Positions 10,767-23,181 of a stretch of DNA of 64,000 nt are shown here, piece by piece (position 1 is the stretch's first letter; each line of letters begins with the position of its first letter). The translations under genes and the position numbers were made by a program. This stretch comes from Eledone cirrhosa (taxonomy: Eukaryota). The stretch is from NCBI GenBank assembly GCA_964016885.1, contig OZ024741.1, positions 162,812,001 through 162,876,000 of the forward strand, given 5' to 3'. The notes under the pieces were generated by a model. The model did no database searches, was not told where the DNA came from, and saw nothing but the letters and a program-made list of their open reading frames with translations.

Positions 10767-10886
10767 ATGTATGTATGTATGTATGTATGTATGTATGTAT
10801 GTATGTATGTATGTATGTATGTATGTATGTATGTATGTATGTATGTATGTATGCATGTATGTATGTATGTATGTATGTATGTATGT
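10767..10886. repeat. (ATGT)n microsatellite
   Basis: Directly visible. Confidence 0.98.
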
Positions 10887-11490
10887 CAGGTTACCAGTTG
10901 GTGCTACTGGTAACATGTATCCCAGTACAACCAGTCTCATGGTCGGGTCGTTGGCGACTAAACTGGCAACCCCACCAAGGTTTCTTGGTGAGGAGAGTGA
11001 CTGGATATCTTGCAGGACTAAAAACAAAACCTGTCAAAGGGCAAAGGAGCTCTTAAGAGTCAATGGCCATCCAAAATCACCGGGAGAGATGACCCCTTTG
11101 CCTTTGTCAAGGCAGAATTCTAGGAGAAGGAAAACTCTGATATAACACCTGCAGCCCTGATGATATCCAATGATGTTGACTTGTTCTTCTTTTTGGTAAA
11201 TATCAACTTGGTTAAGAGAGTGAGACTGGCTTTGTGCAGCGCCTTTGCTCACTATAAAAGCTTCAAGGCACAGGCATTGCTTTATATCTGGAGATCTCTC
11301 TGCACTTGTCGTCACATGGTACCATGGGCCCAGCACTATGTGTCAATAATTGTCACAAGTGTAGTGTTTGTACCAGAGTTTTCAAGTCGCTGGCTGGACT
11401 AAAAAGTCACACTCGTTCAGCGTATCGGTAGGGGTTCTCCTACATGGATATAAAGTAGTGGCCGTACTTGAAAACGAGTTGGCAGCCACC
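10887..11490 (+). mobile_element. Non-autonomous RTE-derived bipartite element, copy 1, with (ATGT)n tail
   Basis: RTE 5'-UTR-like motif ctaggagaaggaaaactctga; C2H2 remnant near the 3' end; near-identical to 11555-12160. Confidence 0.75.
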
Positions 11491-11554
11491 ATGTATGTAT
11501 GTATGTATGTATGTATGTATGTATGTATGTATGTATGTATGTATGTATGTATGT

Positions 11555-12160
11555 CAGGTCACCAGTTGGTGCTACTGGTAACATGTATCCCAGTACAACC
11601 TGTCTCATGGTCGGGTCGTTGGCAACTAAACTGGCAACCCCACCAATTTTTCTTGGTGAGGAGGGTGACTTTGGACATCCTGCAGGACTAAAAACAAAAC
11701 CTGTCAAAGGGCAAAGGAGCTCTTAAGAGTCAATGGCCATCCAAAATCACCGGGAGAGATGACCCCTTAGCCTTTGTCAAGGCAGAATTCTAGGAGAAGG
11801 AAAACTCTGATATAGCACCTGCAACCCTGATGGGATCCAATGATGTTAACTTGTTCTTCTTTTTGGTAAATATCATCTTGGTTAAGAGAGTGGGACTGGC
11901 TTTGTGCAGTGCCTTTGCTCACTATAAAAGCTTCACGGCATAGGCATTGCTTTATATCTGGAGATCTCTCTGCACTTGTCATCACAGGGTATCATGGGCC
12001 CAGCACTATGTGTCAGTAATTGTCACAAGTGTAGTGTTTGTACCAGAGTTTTCAAGTCGCTGGCTGGACTAAAAAGTCACACTCGTTCAGCGCATCAGTA
12101 GGTGTTCTCCTACATGGATATAAAGTAGTGGCCGTACTCGAAAACGAGTTGGCAGCCACC
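11555..12160 (+). mobile_element. Non-autonomous RTE-derived bipartite element, copy 2
   Basis: 12021-12101 translates CHKCSVCTRVFKSLAGLKSHTRSAHQ* (CX2CX12HX4H, like the C-terminal zinc finger of RTE ORFs). Confidence 0.75.
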
Positions 12161-12176
12161 ATCTATGTATGTATGT

Positions 12177-12654
12177 CGTATGGTCGGGTCATCGGCGACT
12201 AAACCGGCAACCCCACCAAGTTTACTTGGGGAGGAGGGTGATTTTGGACACCCTGCAGGACAAAAAACAAAACCTGACAAAGCGCGGAAGAACTCTTAAG
12301 AGTCAACGGCCATCCAAAATGTGTAAATATGTATATACACATGTACCGCGCGGTTAAACCACTGGGAGTGAAGGACCCCTAGCCTTTGTCAGGGCATTCT
12401 TCTAGGAGAAGGCAACTCAGGAAACTGGGATAACTCCGATATAAAACCTGCGACTCAGTAGTTACCGATGATGCTGATCTTTTCTTTTCGGGTTATAGCT
12501 ACTGTTGCTCAGAGAGTGGGATTGGCTCAATGCACAGTCTTTCCCCACTTTAAAAAATATTCACGCACAGGCATTGCACGATAGAATTAATTAATAATTA
12601 TTAATAATGGTATATCGTGCAATGGCCATACTCGATAACGAGGGGGCAGCCATC
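12177..12654 (+). mobile_element. Diverged RTE-derived element, copy 3, lacking the zinc-finger segment
   Basis: Shares ggtcgggtc..ggcgactaaac.ggcaaccccacc, ctaggagaagg and the 3' end tggccatactcgataacgag..ggcagccatc followed by (ATGT)n. Confidence 0.7.
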
Positions 12655-12971
12655 ATGAATGTATGTATGTATGTATGTTTGTATTATTTTCCTTTACTTG
12701 TTTCAGTATGTATGATTTCAAGTCTTGTACTTATTTCATCGATTTCGTTTTTGTTAACCCCTAAGTTACGGGACTTCAACACAAGCACAACTGTAAACAG
12801 AGACGCACTCGGTTACACGCACACACGCACATACAATTTCACACACCCATACACACTCATGCACATACATACGACGGGCTTCAGGAATTTCGATAGATAA
12901 ATATTACACTCAAGGAACATTGGCCAACTCGAGTTTATAGTAGAAGTCACTCGCCTGAGGTGTTGTGGTCC

Positions 12972-13085
<114 letters not shown>

Positions 13086-13262
13086 TATATATAATATATA
13101 TACATAGGTATACACACAGACACACAGACACAGCCACACACCCATATATTCATATACATACATATATCCAAAATTAAATTAAGGGTGTCATGTCTGAGAG
13201 GCATGCGCCATATCCACTGCGGAATAAGCTCAAAGATTGCAATGAATAGATCCGAGCATTTT

Positions 13263-13401
13263 ATGTATCAACTAGAAATTGATTGACATATATATTATAT
13301 AAAATAAACATGAAACAATAACAGGGAATACAAATTATTCCCTGTGATTGTTTCATATGTTTATTTTATATATATATATATATGCCAATCAATTTCTAGT
13401 T

Positions 13402-13408
<7 letters not shown>
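13263..13408. repeat. Fold-back palindrome with ~68-bp arms
   Basis: atgtatcaactagaaattgattg...cagggaata / tattccctg...caatcaatttctagttgatacat. Confidence 0.85.
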
Positions 13409-13432
<24 letters not shown>

Positions 13433-13434
13433 CT

Positions 13435-13689
13435 GGTTGATCGACAAATCCCAGACCCCACTCGCTTAACGAGTCGGTTGGAGCTCGTCCAATCGGACCG
13501 AGGAAACAATGTTTCTATTGGTCTTTCCAATTGCTAATACTATCTGTCAGTCGCAACTCCAGGCAGAAGGAACAACGTAAAATAAAGTGTCTTGCTCAAG
13601 GACATAACACATTGCCCGTTCTAGGAATCGAAATCACAACCTCACGATTGCGAATCCAATTCTCTAACCACTCAGCCATGCGCTTTCAC
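13435..13689 (-). mobile_element. tRNA-derived SINE with CORE/V-like body
   Basis: Minus strand: tggctgagtggttagag (A box), ttcgattcct (B box-like), tgtccttgagcaagacactttattt; homologous to 22951-23142. Confidence 0.75.
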
Positions 13690-13720
13690 ACACATATATA
13701 TATATATATATATACATACA

Positions 13721-13751
<31 letters not shown>

Positions 13752-14137
13752 GTATATTAATATATATCTATGTAAAAAAAATAAGTAATATTTTCATTTT
13801 TAATCTATTCAAATAGCGAATCATGTTAGTTTTATTTATCGTAATCTTTAGTAAACAAATTAAGTAGAAAGATTAATATAAGAAATAAGAAGTTTATAAA
13901 GTCTAGTTTATAATCTAGCTATGAATGAATCCCCAATTAATAATCTTTCAGGTCGTTAAGTTTTCTTATTTGTTTCCTAGACAGTCAAATATTTATATTT
14001 ACATATTTATGAAAAAATATGAGGGACAACGAAATTTAGTATGATTGACTGTAATCGTACCAAAAAATAAAGACTATATATATATATATAGTGAAAGAGT
14101 GAAGAATAGTCGGCTGTACAAATAGGGTTTTATTTAT

Positions 14138-14250
14138 AGTATTAACAATTGTTTCATTGATCAGGTGAGTCTAAAGCCCGCTGATCACTCGAAATTGCGT
14201 CACTCGACCTTAAATACAGTGTGCGTCTCTGATCAAATCATCGGAATACT
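14138..14250 (-). ncRNA. Type I hammerhead-like motif at the Naiad 3' end (core CCGAUGA, probable U4C mutation)
   Basis: agtatt-CCGATGA-t-ttgatcag...ctgatcaa-t-GAAA-caattg-TT-aatact. Confidence 0.6.
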
Positions 14251-14881
14251 GTAGGGTGTAACACATGACATTGTTATTTATAGATACATCGGAGAATCAA
14301 GTGAATTAAAACAATAATACCAATAATAAAAGATAATAAACAGTAATAAAAGTATAAAGAAGTAAAAAGGAGAATTATAAAGATGTAAAAAATACGCTTA
14401 CTGATAATAGTAGTAGTGGTGGTGGCAGTTGGAGTTATAAGGGTGAGTAAGATGATGTGTAAAATAGTGATGAGAGTAATGATAACAATAACATGAGAAC
14501 AAAATATCAGAGGATTAAATAAAAAATAAAAAGTAAGGGAGAAAGAGATAAAGAACAGTAGAGAATAAAGAATAAGGATTCGAGGATGGGACATAAAGGG
14601 TAGGACTAAGGACGTGGAAGCAGTAGATGGACAGATAGAGAATAAAAAGTGAAAGGGACAGTGATGTTATATGGGTTATTACGGTCTGGTAGACTGATTG
14701 TTTTATCTTAATTGAGGTGATGCGGCTATAGAGAGAGAGAGATGAAAGAAAGGTTTGGAGATTCAGGATGTTGATTTAATGACCAGTTGGTCAGTTGACA
14801 GCTAATAACAGTGGAGTGGTGTGAAGCTAGTACATTTAAATCCGGGTGGTTTTGACTGAATTCCGAGATTGCTGGATCGAA

Positions 14882-15253
14882 TCATGCCGGTTGCGGTTTG
14901 AAGTTAGAGAATTTGGTGGCTGCTTTGTGCCTACAGAAGATTGTTCGCTCTATCTTGTTATTAAGCAGTATTTTATCGTATTTTGAAATATGGAGCAGCT
15001 CCATATTGCATAGTCCGCAGTGGGACATTCCATTTTTGTAGGCCCTTGCACTCGATAACTTTGACCAGTTAATCTCATATTCCTGGTTGATGTCCTTAAG
15101 GTGCCAGATCTTATAGGCCAGCGGCCTTGTATTCTCAAGTCTACGGTTTTTTATAGAATGCCTATGCACATACCATCTTTTTTTGAAATTTCCAGCTGTA
15201 GACCCTATGTAGTGCCATGCTAGGTTGCCAGATTTGATAGTACACAGGTACAC
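14882..15253 (-). pseudogene. GIY-YIG endonuclease remnant of the Naiad PLE
   Basis: VYLC...YIGST..FKKRWYVHRHS...CGLCNME...LLN...CRHK. Confidence 0.85.
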
Positions 15254-15945
15254 TATATTTGATTCTACGCATCTATTCTGCAGTGGGCATTTATCGGGTA
15301 GATGGCAATTGCATTGGAGGCCTTCCTCTGTGCAGGTTCCCCGTTGCGGTTCTGCATGTTGCTAGGGATGGGCTGGGATTTAGGTTTATTGGTGTTTTGC
15401 TGTGATGTGTCCTGGCGTTTGGGTGGTTGTGTGTTGTTATGTGTTTGCGTTTCGTATTTGGTGCTATGGTGTATGTTGGTAGATTACATTCCTTAGAGAT
15501 TCTTTTATAGTTGATTTTATGTATGTGTGATTCTATGTTGGCTGCAGTAGAGTAAGAGAGTTTAATAGTTTTTCTGTTAAATATTCTATGGTATTTGTGT
15601 AGTTTAGGGAAGTGTTTGTCAATTAGTTTAAAGAATATAGAAGGTAAGTTGGTTTTTATAGAATTGAACCATAGGATTGAATCATAAATATTTCCTATCT
15701 CTGGATTCTCTGGAGTTTCTAGGGGTCCCTATATTACTGTTCGGTTCGGCTATTTCGCGTGCCCGCTGCCTATTTCCATGTTTAGTTCTATATTTGTTAT
15801 TCCTATAGGTGCGGGTAGTGTAGTTGTCATTAGATTTCTAGTTGCTGTCTCTATCGGGTATGTATTTGAGCCCCTCCTTATGACCTGCCTTGTGTAAAGC
15901 TATGTTATAGTAGTTTGCGTGTTCATTGAAAATGGACTCCGACGA

Positions 15946-16100
15946 CTGAACTCGGGCCGTTTCAGTTCGGATCTAGCTTTTGAAACGGCTGGAGCTCAGC
16001 GGTCGGGGGTCTTGATTTTTTCGTATTACCCACTCTACTACCCCAAGTATCGAGTTCTCTGGTGAGTAATAGTCTAACTGGTTTTTACCACCTCCATTCT
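15946..16100 (+). mobile_element. Naiad pseudo-LTR terminal fragment with small fold-back
   Basis: gactccgacgactgaactcgggccgtttc / gaaacggctggagctcagcggtcggggg, then ttacccactctactaccccaag as in 43234-43300. Confidence 0.7.
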
Positions 16101-16165
16101 GATATATATATATGGGAAGTAAAAAAACAACACAAGTACAAGTAACACGCTTACTACAAGTTACA

Positions 16166-16241
<76 letters not shown>

Positions 16242-16350
16242 TGTCCCAAAAATGTATACACACTTTGATTACCTGTACTGAGAATATTTATGAGGATGCA
16301 CAGCCTTTCCCCAAAATAAAATGATGTACTGACATAATCCAATTATTAAA

Positions 16351-16399
16351 AGTTTAAGCAAATAATTTCTGCTTTCAGTCTGCAGGATCATCTGAAACT
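16351..16399 (-). ncRNA. Hammerhead-like motif with CAGAUGA (U4A) core
   Basis: agttt-CAGATGA-tcctgcagact-GAAA-gca...tgc-TT-aaact. Confidence 0.5.
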
Positions 16400-16466
16400 G
16401 AGAAATATCAATTTCTGGACGCAGATGTAAATATATATACAACCGTTATCGATATATATATATATA

Positions 16467-16796
16467 TATAAAGAAAAAGAGATGAAATCGAAAATGCAAC
16501 TGCAGTCTTATTTAAAAAAAAAATATATATATTTATTTGGTTCCTTTACCGGTTTCGCAGTTCTTCTACTTTTCAAAAGTAGAGTTGAGATGGAGGGTCT
16601 GTGGTTTTTCTCACATCTCAACTCTACTTTTGAAAAGCAGAAGAACTGCGAAACCGGTAAAGGAACCAAATAAATATATATATTTTTTTAAAAATAAGAC
16701 TCCAGTTGCATTTTCGATTTCATCTTTTTTTCTTTATACTTTCACTCGTGTAGGACACCTCGGTTATTTTTCATTTTGTAAAAAAACCCTCACTTA

Positions 16797-16797
<1 letters not shown>
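16467..16797. mobile_element. Fold-back Neptune pseudo-LTR with two outward-facing hammerhead motifs
   Basis: Arms 16467-16592 and 16614-16738; homologous to 56725-56930; (TA)n on both sides. Confidence 0.8.
16627..16662 (+). ncRNA. Minimal hammerhead-like motif with U3-A8 core (mirror copy at 16544-16579, minus strand)
   Basis: ctt-TTGAAAA-gcag aagaa ctgc-GAAA-ccgg-TA-aag. Confidence 0.55.
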
Positions 16798-16894
<97 letters not shown>

Positions 16895-17821
16895 GTCTAG
16901 TTGAAAATATATATATATAATATGTCTAGTTGAAAAATTTACCATTATCTCGAATTTCAACACAATAATAAATCGAAGAACCGATTTATTTGGACTTTGT
17001 AATCATAAATCCTACAAGACCTTTCACAAAGTATATAGCTGATGTCCTATAACATATTCCACGAGTCACGGTCATCTTTCATTATATTCTACATGTATTA
17101 ATTTGGTTTTCTCATCATATTTTAAGCCTTTGATCTTTTTTTTCTATAGCCTTAGATTTTCGCTCAAACCTTCGTAGATTTTGTAAACAAATTATGACGT
17201 CATATGTTTTTCCACGTTTATTAATCTTTCTAGCTATTTCCTTTATTCACTTGCTGATATAAAATAAAAATTAAATAGTATACCCCACATATATAGATTT
17301 TTACTAGTAATTATTAATTTTGACATAGATAGATATTTTTATTTTTATTTTATTTTATAAAAATCTTTTTTTATATTTATTTTATTTTATTTTATTTTAT
17401 TTTATTTTATTTTATCAATACATTTTTACACTTCTTAATCCAATTTTTAGTATTTAAACCCAATATAAAATAATATACCTAGTTTCTATATTTAGGCCTC
17501 TATTATTTGAATACCGTCTATAATATTCGCACATACACCTCATCAATTTACTTTTTAACCGTTATTTACAGCTGTTTTCATTTTGACAGCGTTCCTGATC
17601 AAAAGTCTCTCTCTCTCTCTATATATATATATATCTTCCTTTTCTTCTTCTTTTTTTCCTTTCTTTTCTTCTCTTTCGTTTTTCTTTTTCTCCTCTTCTT
17701 TCCTTTCTTCTATTTTCCTATCTATTTCTTACTATAGTATTAACACTTATATTTCTGTCATATGTAGACTTGGCACTTTCCTGTAAGCAAGTGCTATTAT
17801 GCCTCATATCATGTTACCTTA

Positions 17822-17887
17822 TTTTATCTGATGAGAACACAATTTTTGTCCCAGGATGATTTTGTATTCGAAATGCGCATAATAGAA
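17822..17887 (+). ncRNA. Type I hammerhead motif with canonical core
   Basis: ttttat-CTGATGA-gaacacaa...ttgtattc-GAAA-tgcgca-TA-atagaa; palindromic stem III. Confidence 0.7.
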
Positions 17888-17932
17888 TATATGGAACTCT
17901 TTTAACCATCTTTTAATTTCTTCTTTATTATA

Positions 17933-18026
17933 TAATTGTTTCTACTTTAGGCACAAGGCCAGCAATTATCCAGTGCATTGCTGGTACTTTATTTTATCGA
18001 CCCCGTAAGGATGAAAGGCAAAGTCA
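17933..18026 (-). mobile_element. MetaSINE-like SINE, 3' part
   Basis: Reverse complement of gcctttcatccttacggggtcgataaaataaagtaccag...gtagaaacaatt. Confidence 0.8.
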
Positions 18027-18031
18027 ATATA

Positions 18032-18096
<65 letters not shown>

Positions 18097-18164
18097 AAAC
18101 TCCAAAGAGAGGACTCAATGATGGTGTATATATATTTACCTCTGCGTCCAGGATTGATATTTCT

Positions 18165-18214
18165 GTTTCAGATGATCCTGCTCAGGCCCGAAGCAGAAAT
18201 TATTTGCTTAAACT
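18165..18214 (+). ncRNA. Hammerhead-like motif with CAGAUGA core (decayed GAAA)
   Basis: gttt-CAGATGA-tcctgctcaggccc-GAA-gca...tgc-TT-aaac; same family as 16351-16399. Confidence 0.45.
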
Positions 18215-19708
18215 TTATACTATATATATATATAGTATACAACAGAGAATGTCTGTCTGTCTGACTGATTCCCTAAAACTCGAGAACCACCCAACCGATT
18301 GTTTTCAAACTTTACACATGTAATACTTATGGTTGTGTGAGTGTTATGAGCAAAAAGTATTTCAAATTTTCAATGCATTAGGCGCCGAACGTCGTGCCCT
18401 TATAATTTCTCTCTGTATGTCTGGCTGTCTGCATTACGACATTATGACGCTATCTGTGTGTCTGTGTAAATATGTATATATAGTGTGTGTATATATATAT
18501 AGTGTGTAACGTTTTTCGAAATATTTACTTCTGCGTTCACAGATTGATTTTTTTTTAGTTTCAGAAGATCCCAGCTGCCATTTTGGATGTTCCCCTGTAT
18601 CCTAGAAGAGATCGTTGCGTGGGTTTCTTTGTATGGGTACCTAAAACCCTTAGCAACAGCATTGTACATTATACCAACTCATACTCGCAGCTGCCTGGAT
18701 ACCTAGAAGCTTGATCGAAATAATTGTACTCACTACTTATTCATACTGCACGGGTCCCTAAAAGACTTTGCGAAAGCATTCTGCAGAATATCTATTCAGC
18801 TGGAGAATAGATAACAGATGAAGATATATGGGGAGAGCAAATATCATATTAACAAAAATGTCGTAGGATGAGCAACACATATATAAAAAGAGAAAGCACA
18901 CCACTACTCAGTTGTATTGTTTACTGGACAATTTAAAGTGGAGCATCTATGCCGTCATTTAGCCTGCTAGAAATGGCAGTCAGGTTTCCCTCTATTTGCA
19001 CCCACCGTCTTGAGAAATGTAGGACAGAGTGTTTAATTTAGTTTTAAATAAATAAAAAGGTGATGTTGTGACAACTGGAACACCTTTGATCATTTCAGTT
19101 AAGCCCAACACACGTAACAAGCAGAATAACAGCAATGACAACAACAATAATTGTATGTAGAAAATGCATACAAAATCTGTCCAATATTTTATGTAAATCT
19201 ATGTTTTTATTATGATTTTTTTTAACCTTCAAATTTGGTTTGTTTGCAGCTTCTTTTATTTCTTGCATTATTTTCTAGTTTATCCTGTCTACGTTTGGTG
19301 CTGTTTCAGTTTGGACGTAATCAAATAATTTGTTGTAAAACGTATTGCACATCAAAGATGAAGATATTCTTTTTCATAATCTATCTATACATATATATAA
19401 AACTGAAATTGTCTATGCGTATGTGTGTGTCCTCATTTTTGAAAAGTCTATACAAATCCACATTTCTACTCCGATTTACTTCAAACTTGCATTTATATTT
19501 TCCTTGCGGTCTAAAGATATTAACTGCAGCTTTTATTTTTCAAATTTCTGTTGTTAAAGGGGCGTTAGGCGCCGGTTACCGATCTCTCTCTCTCTCTTTC
19601 TTAGTCTGTCTTTTAGATAGATACATAGCTATAGCGTCGCGCCCTTATAATAGCTGTCTGTATGTCTAATGTCTGCATCACGACATTAGGAAAACATTGT
19701 TCTCATTG

Positions 19709-19902
19709 CTGATGTATTATCTTCACTATTTTCTGTTCATTGCCAGGGAACGTCTTCACGAACCAAACTATCGTCTTCCTGTTTTCCTTCGGTTGCAACG
19801 TTTTTCGAAATATTTACTTCTGCGTTCACAGATTGATTTTTTTAGTTTCAGAAGATCCCGTTAAGGGTTAAAGCAGCGATTCTTTCCTTAAACTTTAATC
19901 TG

Positions 19903-19910
<8 letters not shown>
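19709..19910 (+). mobile_element. Pseudo-LTR-like repeat carrying a CAGAAGA hammerhead motif (19844-19894)
   Basis: Homologous to 32080-32537, 52255-52515 and 18507-18571; ends in (TA)n. Confidence 0.65.
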
Positions 19911-19972
<62 letters not shown>

Positions 19973-20385
19973 GTGTACATATATTTTTACATACAGAAAA
20001 ACAAAATATAAACAAACGTATTTATTTCATGAAAGCACAGACGGCTTATCGTCATTGTTACTGCCGATATGCCACCCCCAAAGTCCCACTACATTGGCGC
20101 AAGGCCAGTCGATTACATAGTCAACGGTTCGGAAATCACATGCATCACTGACGAGTTTACTCCTTACTCTACCAGTTAGTCTTAGTGTACTTCATCCTGC
20201 CTTTAGGTCATGACTTGAAGGAAGAGATACTCCATTGGTCGAAATACTGCGAAAGCGGCAAGAAAAAGAACAAGGCGGGCAAACGAATCGTCGGTGGAAT
20301 CTGCTATTCGACGGTTACAAGGTGCTGAACGTACTGCCACCAGAAGAGCAGTTGAAACATACAACCAACGACCATTCGCCGAACC

Positions 20386-20594
20386 GTGTCAGCTTTGCAA
20401 TGTCTATCAACAAATCCCAGGGTCAGACCCTAGCTGTTGCTGGTCTTCTTTTGGAAGAGTCATGTTTTTCACACGGGCAACTATACGTTGGCTGCTCAAG
20501 AGTGAGAAGCAAGACAAATCTCTTTGCATATGCCCAACACGGAAGAACAAGGAACATTGTGTACAAGGAGGTGCTACAATCATTGTTTAGGTAG
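20386..20594 (+). pseudogene. Helitron Pif1-like helicase C-terminal fragment
   Basis: FAMSINKSQGQTL...CFSHGQLYVGCSRV...TRNIVYKEVL (helicase motifs V and VI). Confidence 0.92.
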
Positions 20595-21825
20595 ACGAGG
20601 CAGAAGGGGATATACACGATTGGCTGAAGAAGGACGAGACTGTGTTAGTAGTACGACCAACGGCTGCTATCACACCAACAGCAGCAAAAACAACAACAAA
20701 AAAGAGAGGGAACGCAATTACATGCTTTTGAAAAATCTTAATGGAAAATTATTTGCCTAAGCACAAAATGTAGACACGATCCCCAGGCCGAGGTATTCCG
20801 TACTTCTCTGTACTGTTTCAGAAAGGAGGGATAAACATGCCAATCTATGTTTAGAAGTCTGGGCAACGCCGGGCCATTCTGCTAGTATTGTATATAGTGA
20901 TATATATATTATGTAACACACATACATCATATATACTAGCAGAAATCTACCCAGACAGTGGTGTTTCTGCAAATATATTGTATTTGAATACAGAGAAGTA
21001 ACACATTTTTACTGAATTGAACTTAAGACCAATTGCTTTAAACCCGAAAAATTAAAATCAAAGAAAAATATAAAAAAGAGATATATAGAATTTTTTAATG
21101 TCAGAATTTTATTTTGTGCAGTTTAAGAAATCTTTGAGATGTGAACCAAAGCTATCATAGTAGCGTCAGGAAGATGAGTGATGTCAGCAATTAAAACCAT
21201 TTGTGTTCTCGGTTTTCAATTTCACTTAATGAAACCAATATAAAAAGTTCCTAAGCAAGACTAAGATACACGACAATGCTTAACACAATAGTTGGCTAAT
21301 TCTCTACTTGTTTTGAACCTCAAATTTAAAAACAACGTCAGAAAACAAACTATTATAAAAGCCATCAATATGGTGATTAAGGTGATTATGGTTATGATGA
21401 TGGTGGTGGGGATGATGATAATAATAATGATAATAATAACAACAACACTTATGAAATAGTGAGTGGGGATCTGATGCCTGCCGTCGGCCAAACGCCTGTT
21501 ATTACAAATAACATCCCTGCTATATAATAAATGCAAATCCATTAAGATAGAGTTAACGATCTGAGGTGTTAAACGTGTATCATAACATAAAAGTTCATCC
21601 CATTCCCTCATGTAACACGGAACGCACACACTGTGTATAATTCTGTTTTGTTTTTATTGCTAATGTTGTTGTTCTTTTAGGTTTGAGAGCAAGAAATGTC
21701 AAAACAATTACATTCTTTTTACCATGTTGCATTAGCGATATATCAAAGATAAAATAAAACGCACGAATGAAACATTATAAATACAGAAATACACACACAC
21801 ACACACACACACAGACATACACAAA

Positions 21826-21897
<72 letters not shown>

Positions 21898-21902
21898 CAC
21901 AC

Positions 21903-21938
<36 letters not shown>

Positions 21939-22254
21939 AGGCACACATACACGCACGCAAGAACAAAAACGTCAATTTGCTGACATTTTGATTGAAGTTA
22001 AAAAACAGCGTTGGTTGATTTGTTGCGTGCTTTTTTCGGATAATGCGTGGGGGGAGTACAGATGGTATAGTTGATTTAAATGGTTTAGATAGTTTAAATG
22101 GTTAAAATGGTTTAAAAATGCACCAGTGGAACGTCTAAAATTTTTTATTCGATGTTTAACTTTACATTTTTCCTACTGAGTTTCAAAAATCGACAATGAC
22201 ATAGACCGACAGGCGTCCCGATAGAAATACTTACATGTGTGTGGATATACGTAT

Positions 22255-22367
<113 letters not shown>

Positions 22368-22563
22368 GTATATGTGTATAAATAAGAACGTATATATATA
22401 TAGAGAGAGAGGAAAAACACAGGAGTGTGTTTTCATTTACAGGATTTTAACCACCGGCGCGAAGAGAATATAAGCTAGGAGAGGTACAGGAGAAACATAA
22501 TAATTAAAAGGATAAATTAAAATGAAAAACCTACTTCATAACTAAATCGTACTTGTACAAACT

Positions 22564-22626
22564 CACTAAGAGATTGTTTCACCGTATATGTGGCTTCAAA
22601 CTCAGCTCTTGGGTCATCAGCAAGTG
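22564..22626 (-). ncRNA. Degenerate hammerhead-like motif
   Basis: cacttg-CTGATGA...GAAA-caatc-TC-ttagtg; stems imperfect. Confidence 0.3.
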
Positions 22627-22950
22627 CTCAACCTGATATTGTCCCCACTACTAAAGATAGTAACTGACCTGTAGCACGTGTGAATAGAGGGAGATACGTG
22701 CGCGAGGCAGTGACTGGTGGTATGATCAGAATAAGCCGCTAGAAATGGCAGCCAATACTATTCAATTCATCGGCTTGTTCTGTTCATACCACCGGTCACT
22801 GCCTCTCCTGTGTTTTTCCTCTCTATATTGTATTTTAAAGTGTCCAGGAAAACTCTTTCCTTTGAGCTCATTGAATTACAGGACTATATGCGAGTCCTTT
22901 ACTCCGTTATTTTACTTGATATATAAAAGGAACGATCGACTTTTTTGTCA

Positions 22951-23142
22951 AATCGGACCGAGGGAACAATGTTTCCGTTGGTCTTTCCAATTGCTAATAT
23001 CGGTCGCAACTCCAGGTAGAAGGAGCAACGTGAAATAAAGTGTCTTGCTCAAGGACATAACGCATCGCCTGGTCCAGGAATCGAACTCACAACCTTACGA
23101 TTGCGAATACAATTCTCTAACCACTCAGCCACACGCCTTCAC
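22951..23142 (-). mobile_element. tRNA-derived SINE with CORE/V-like body
   Basis: Minus strand: gtggctgagtggttagag, gagttcgattcctgg, tccttgagcaagacacttta. Confidence 0.8.
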
Positions 23143-23143
23143 T

Positions 23144-23181
<38 letters not shown>

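Larger units (their letters stand above)
14090..15940 (-). mobile_element. 5'-truncated Naiad-type Penelope-like element
   Basis: Minus-strand FNEHANYYNIAL...IDKHFP..HKYHRIFNRKTIKLSYS, linker CNCHLPDKCPLQNRC (CxCx5Cx5C), then GIY-YIG domain; 3' hammerhead. Confidence 0.85.
19380..20885 (+). mobile_element. Non-autonomous Helitron with nested repeats
   Basis: A|TC start, 3' GC hairpin (ctgggcaacgccggg) then CTAG|T; helicase remnant near the 3' end; linkage of the two termini is inferred. Confidence 0.65.

Noticed and set aside
10887-10970. HDV-like ribozyme at the 5' end of the RTE-derived elements
   Set aside because: P2/P4-like pieces exist (ccagt/actgg, tcg-ttgg-cga-CTAA) but I could not find P1 and P1.1; needs a descriptor search
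22951-23142. Genuine tRNA genes
   Set aside because: A and B boxes run into SINE bodies and no full cloverleaf forms; the same holds for the MetaSINE-like heads
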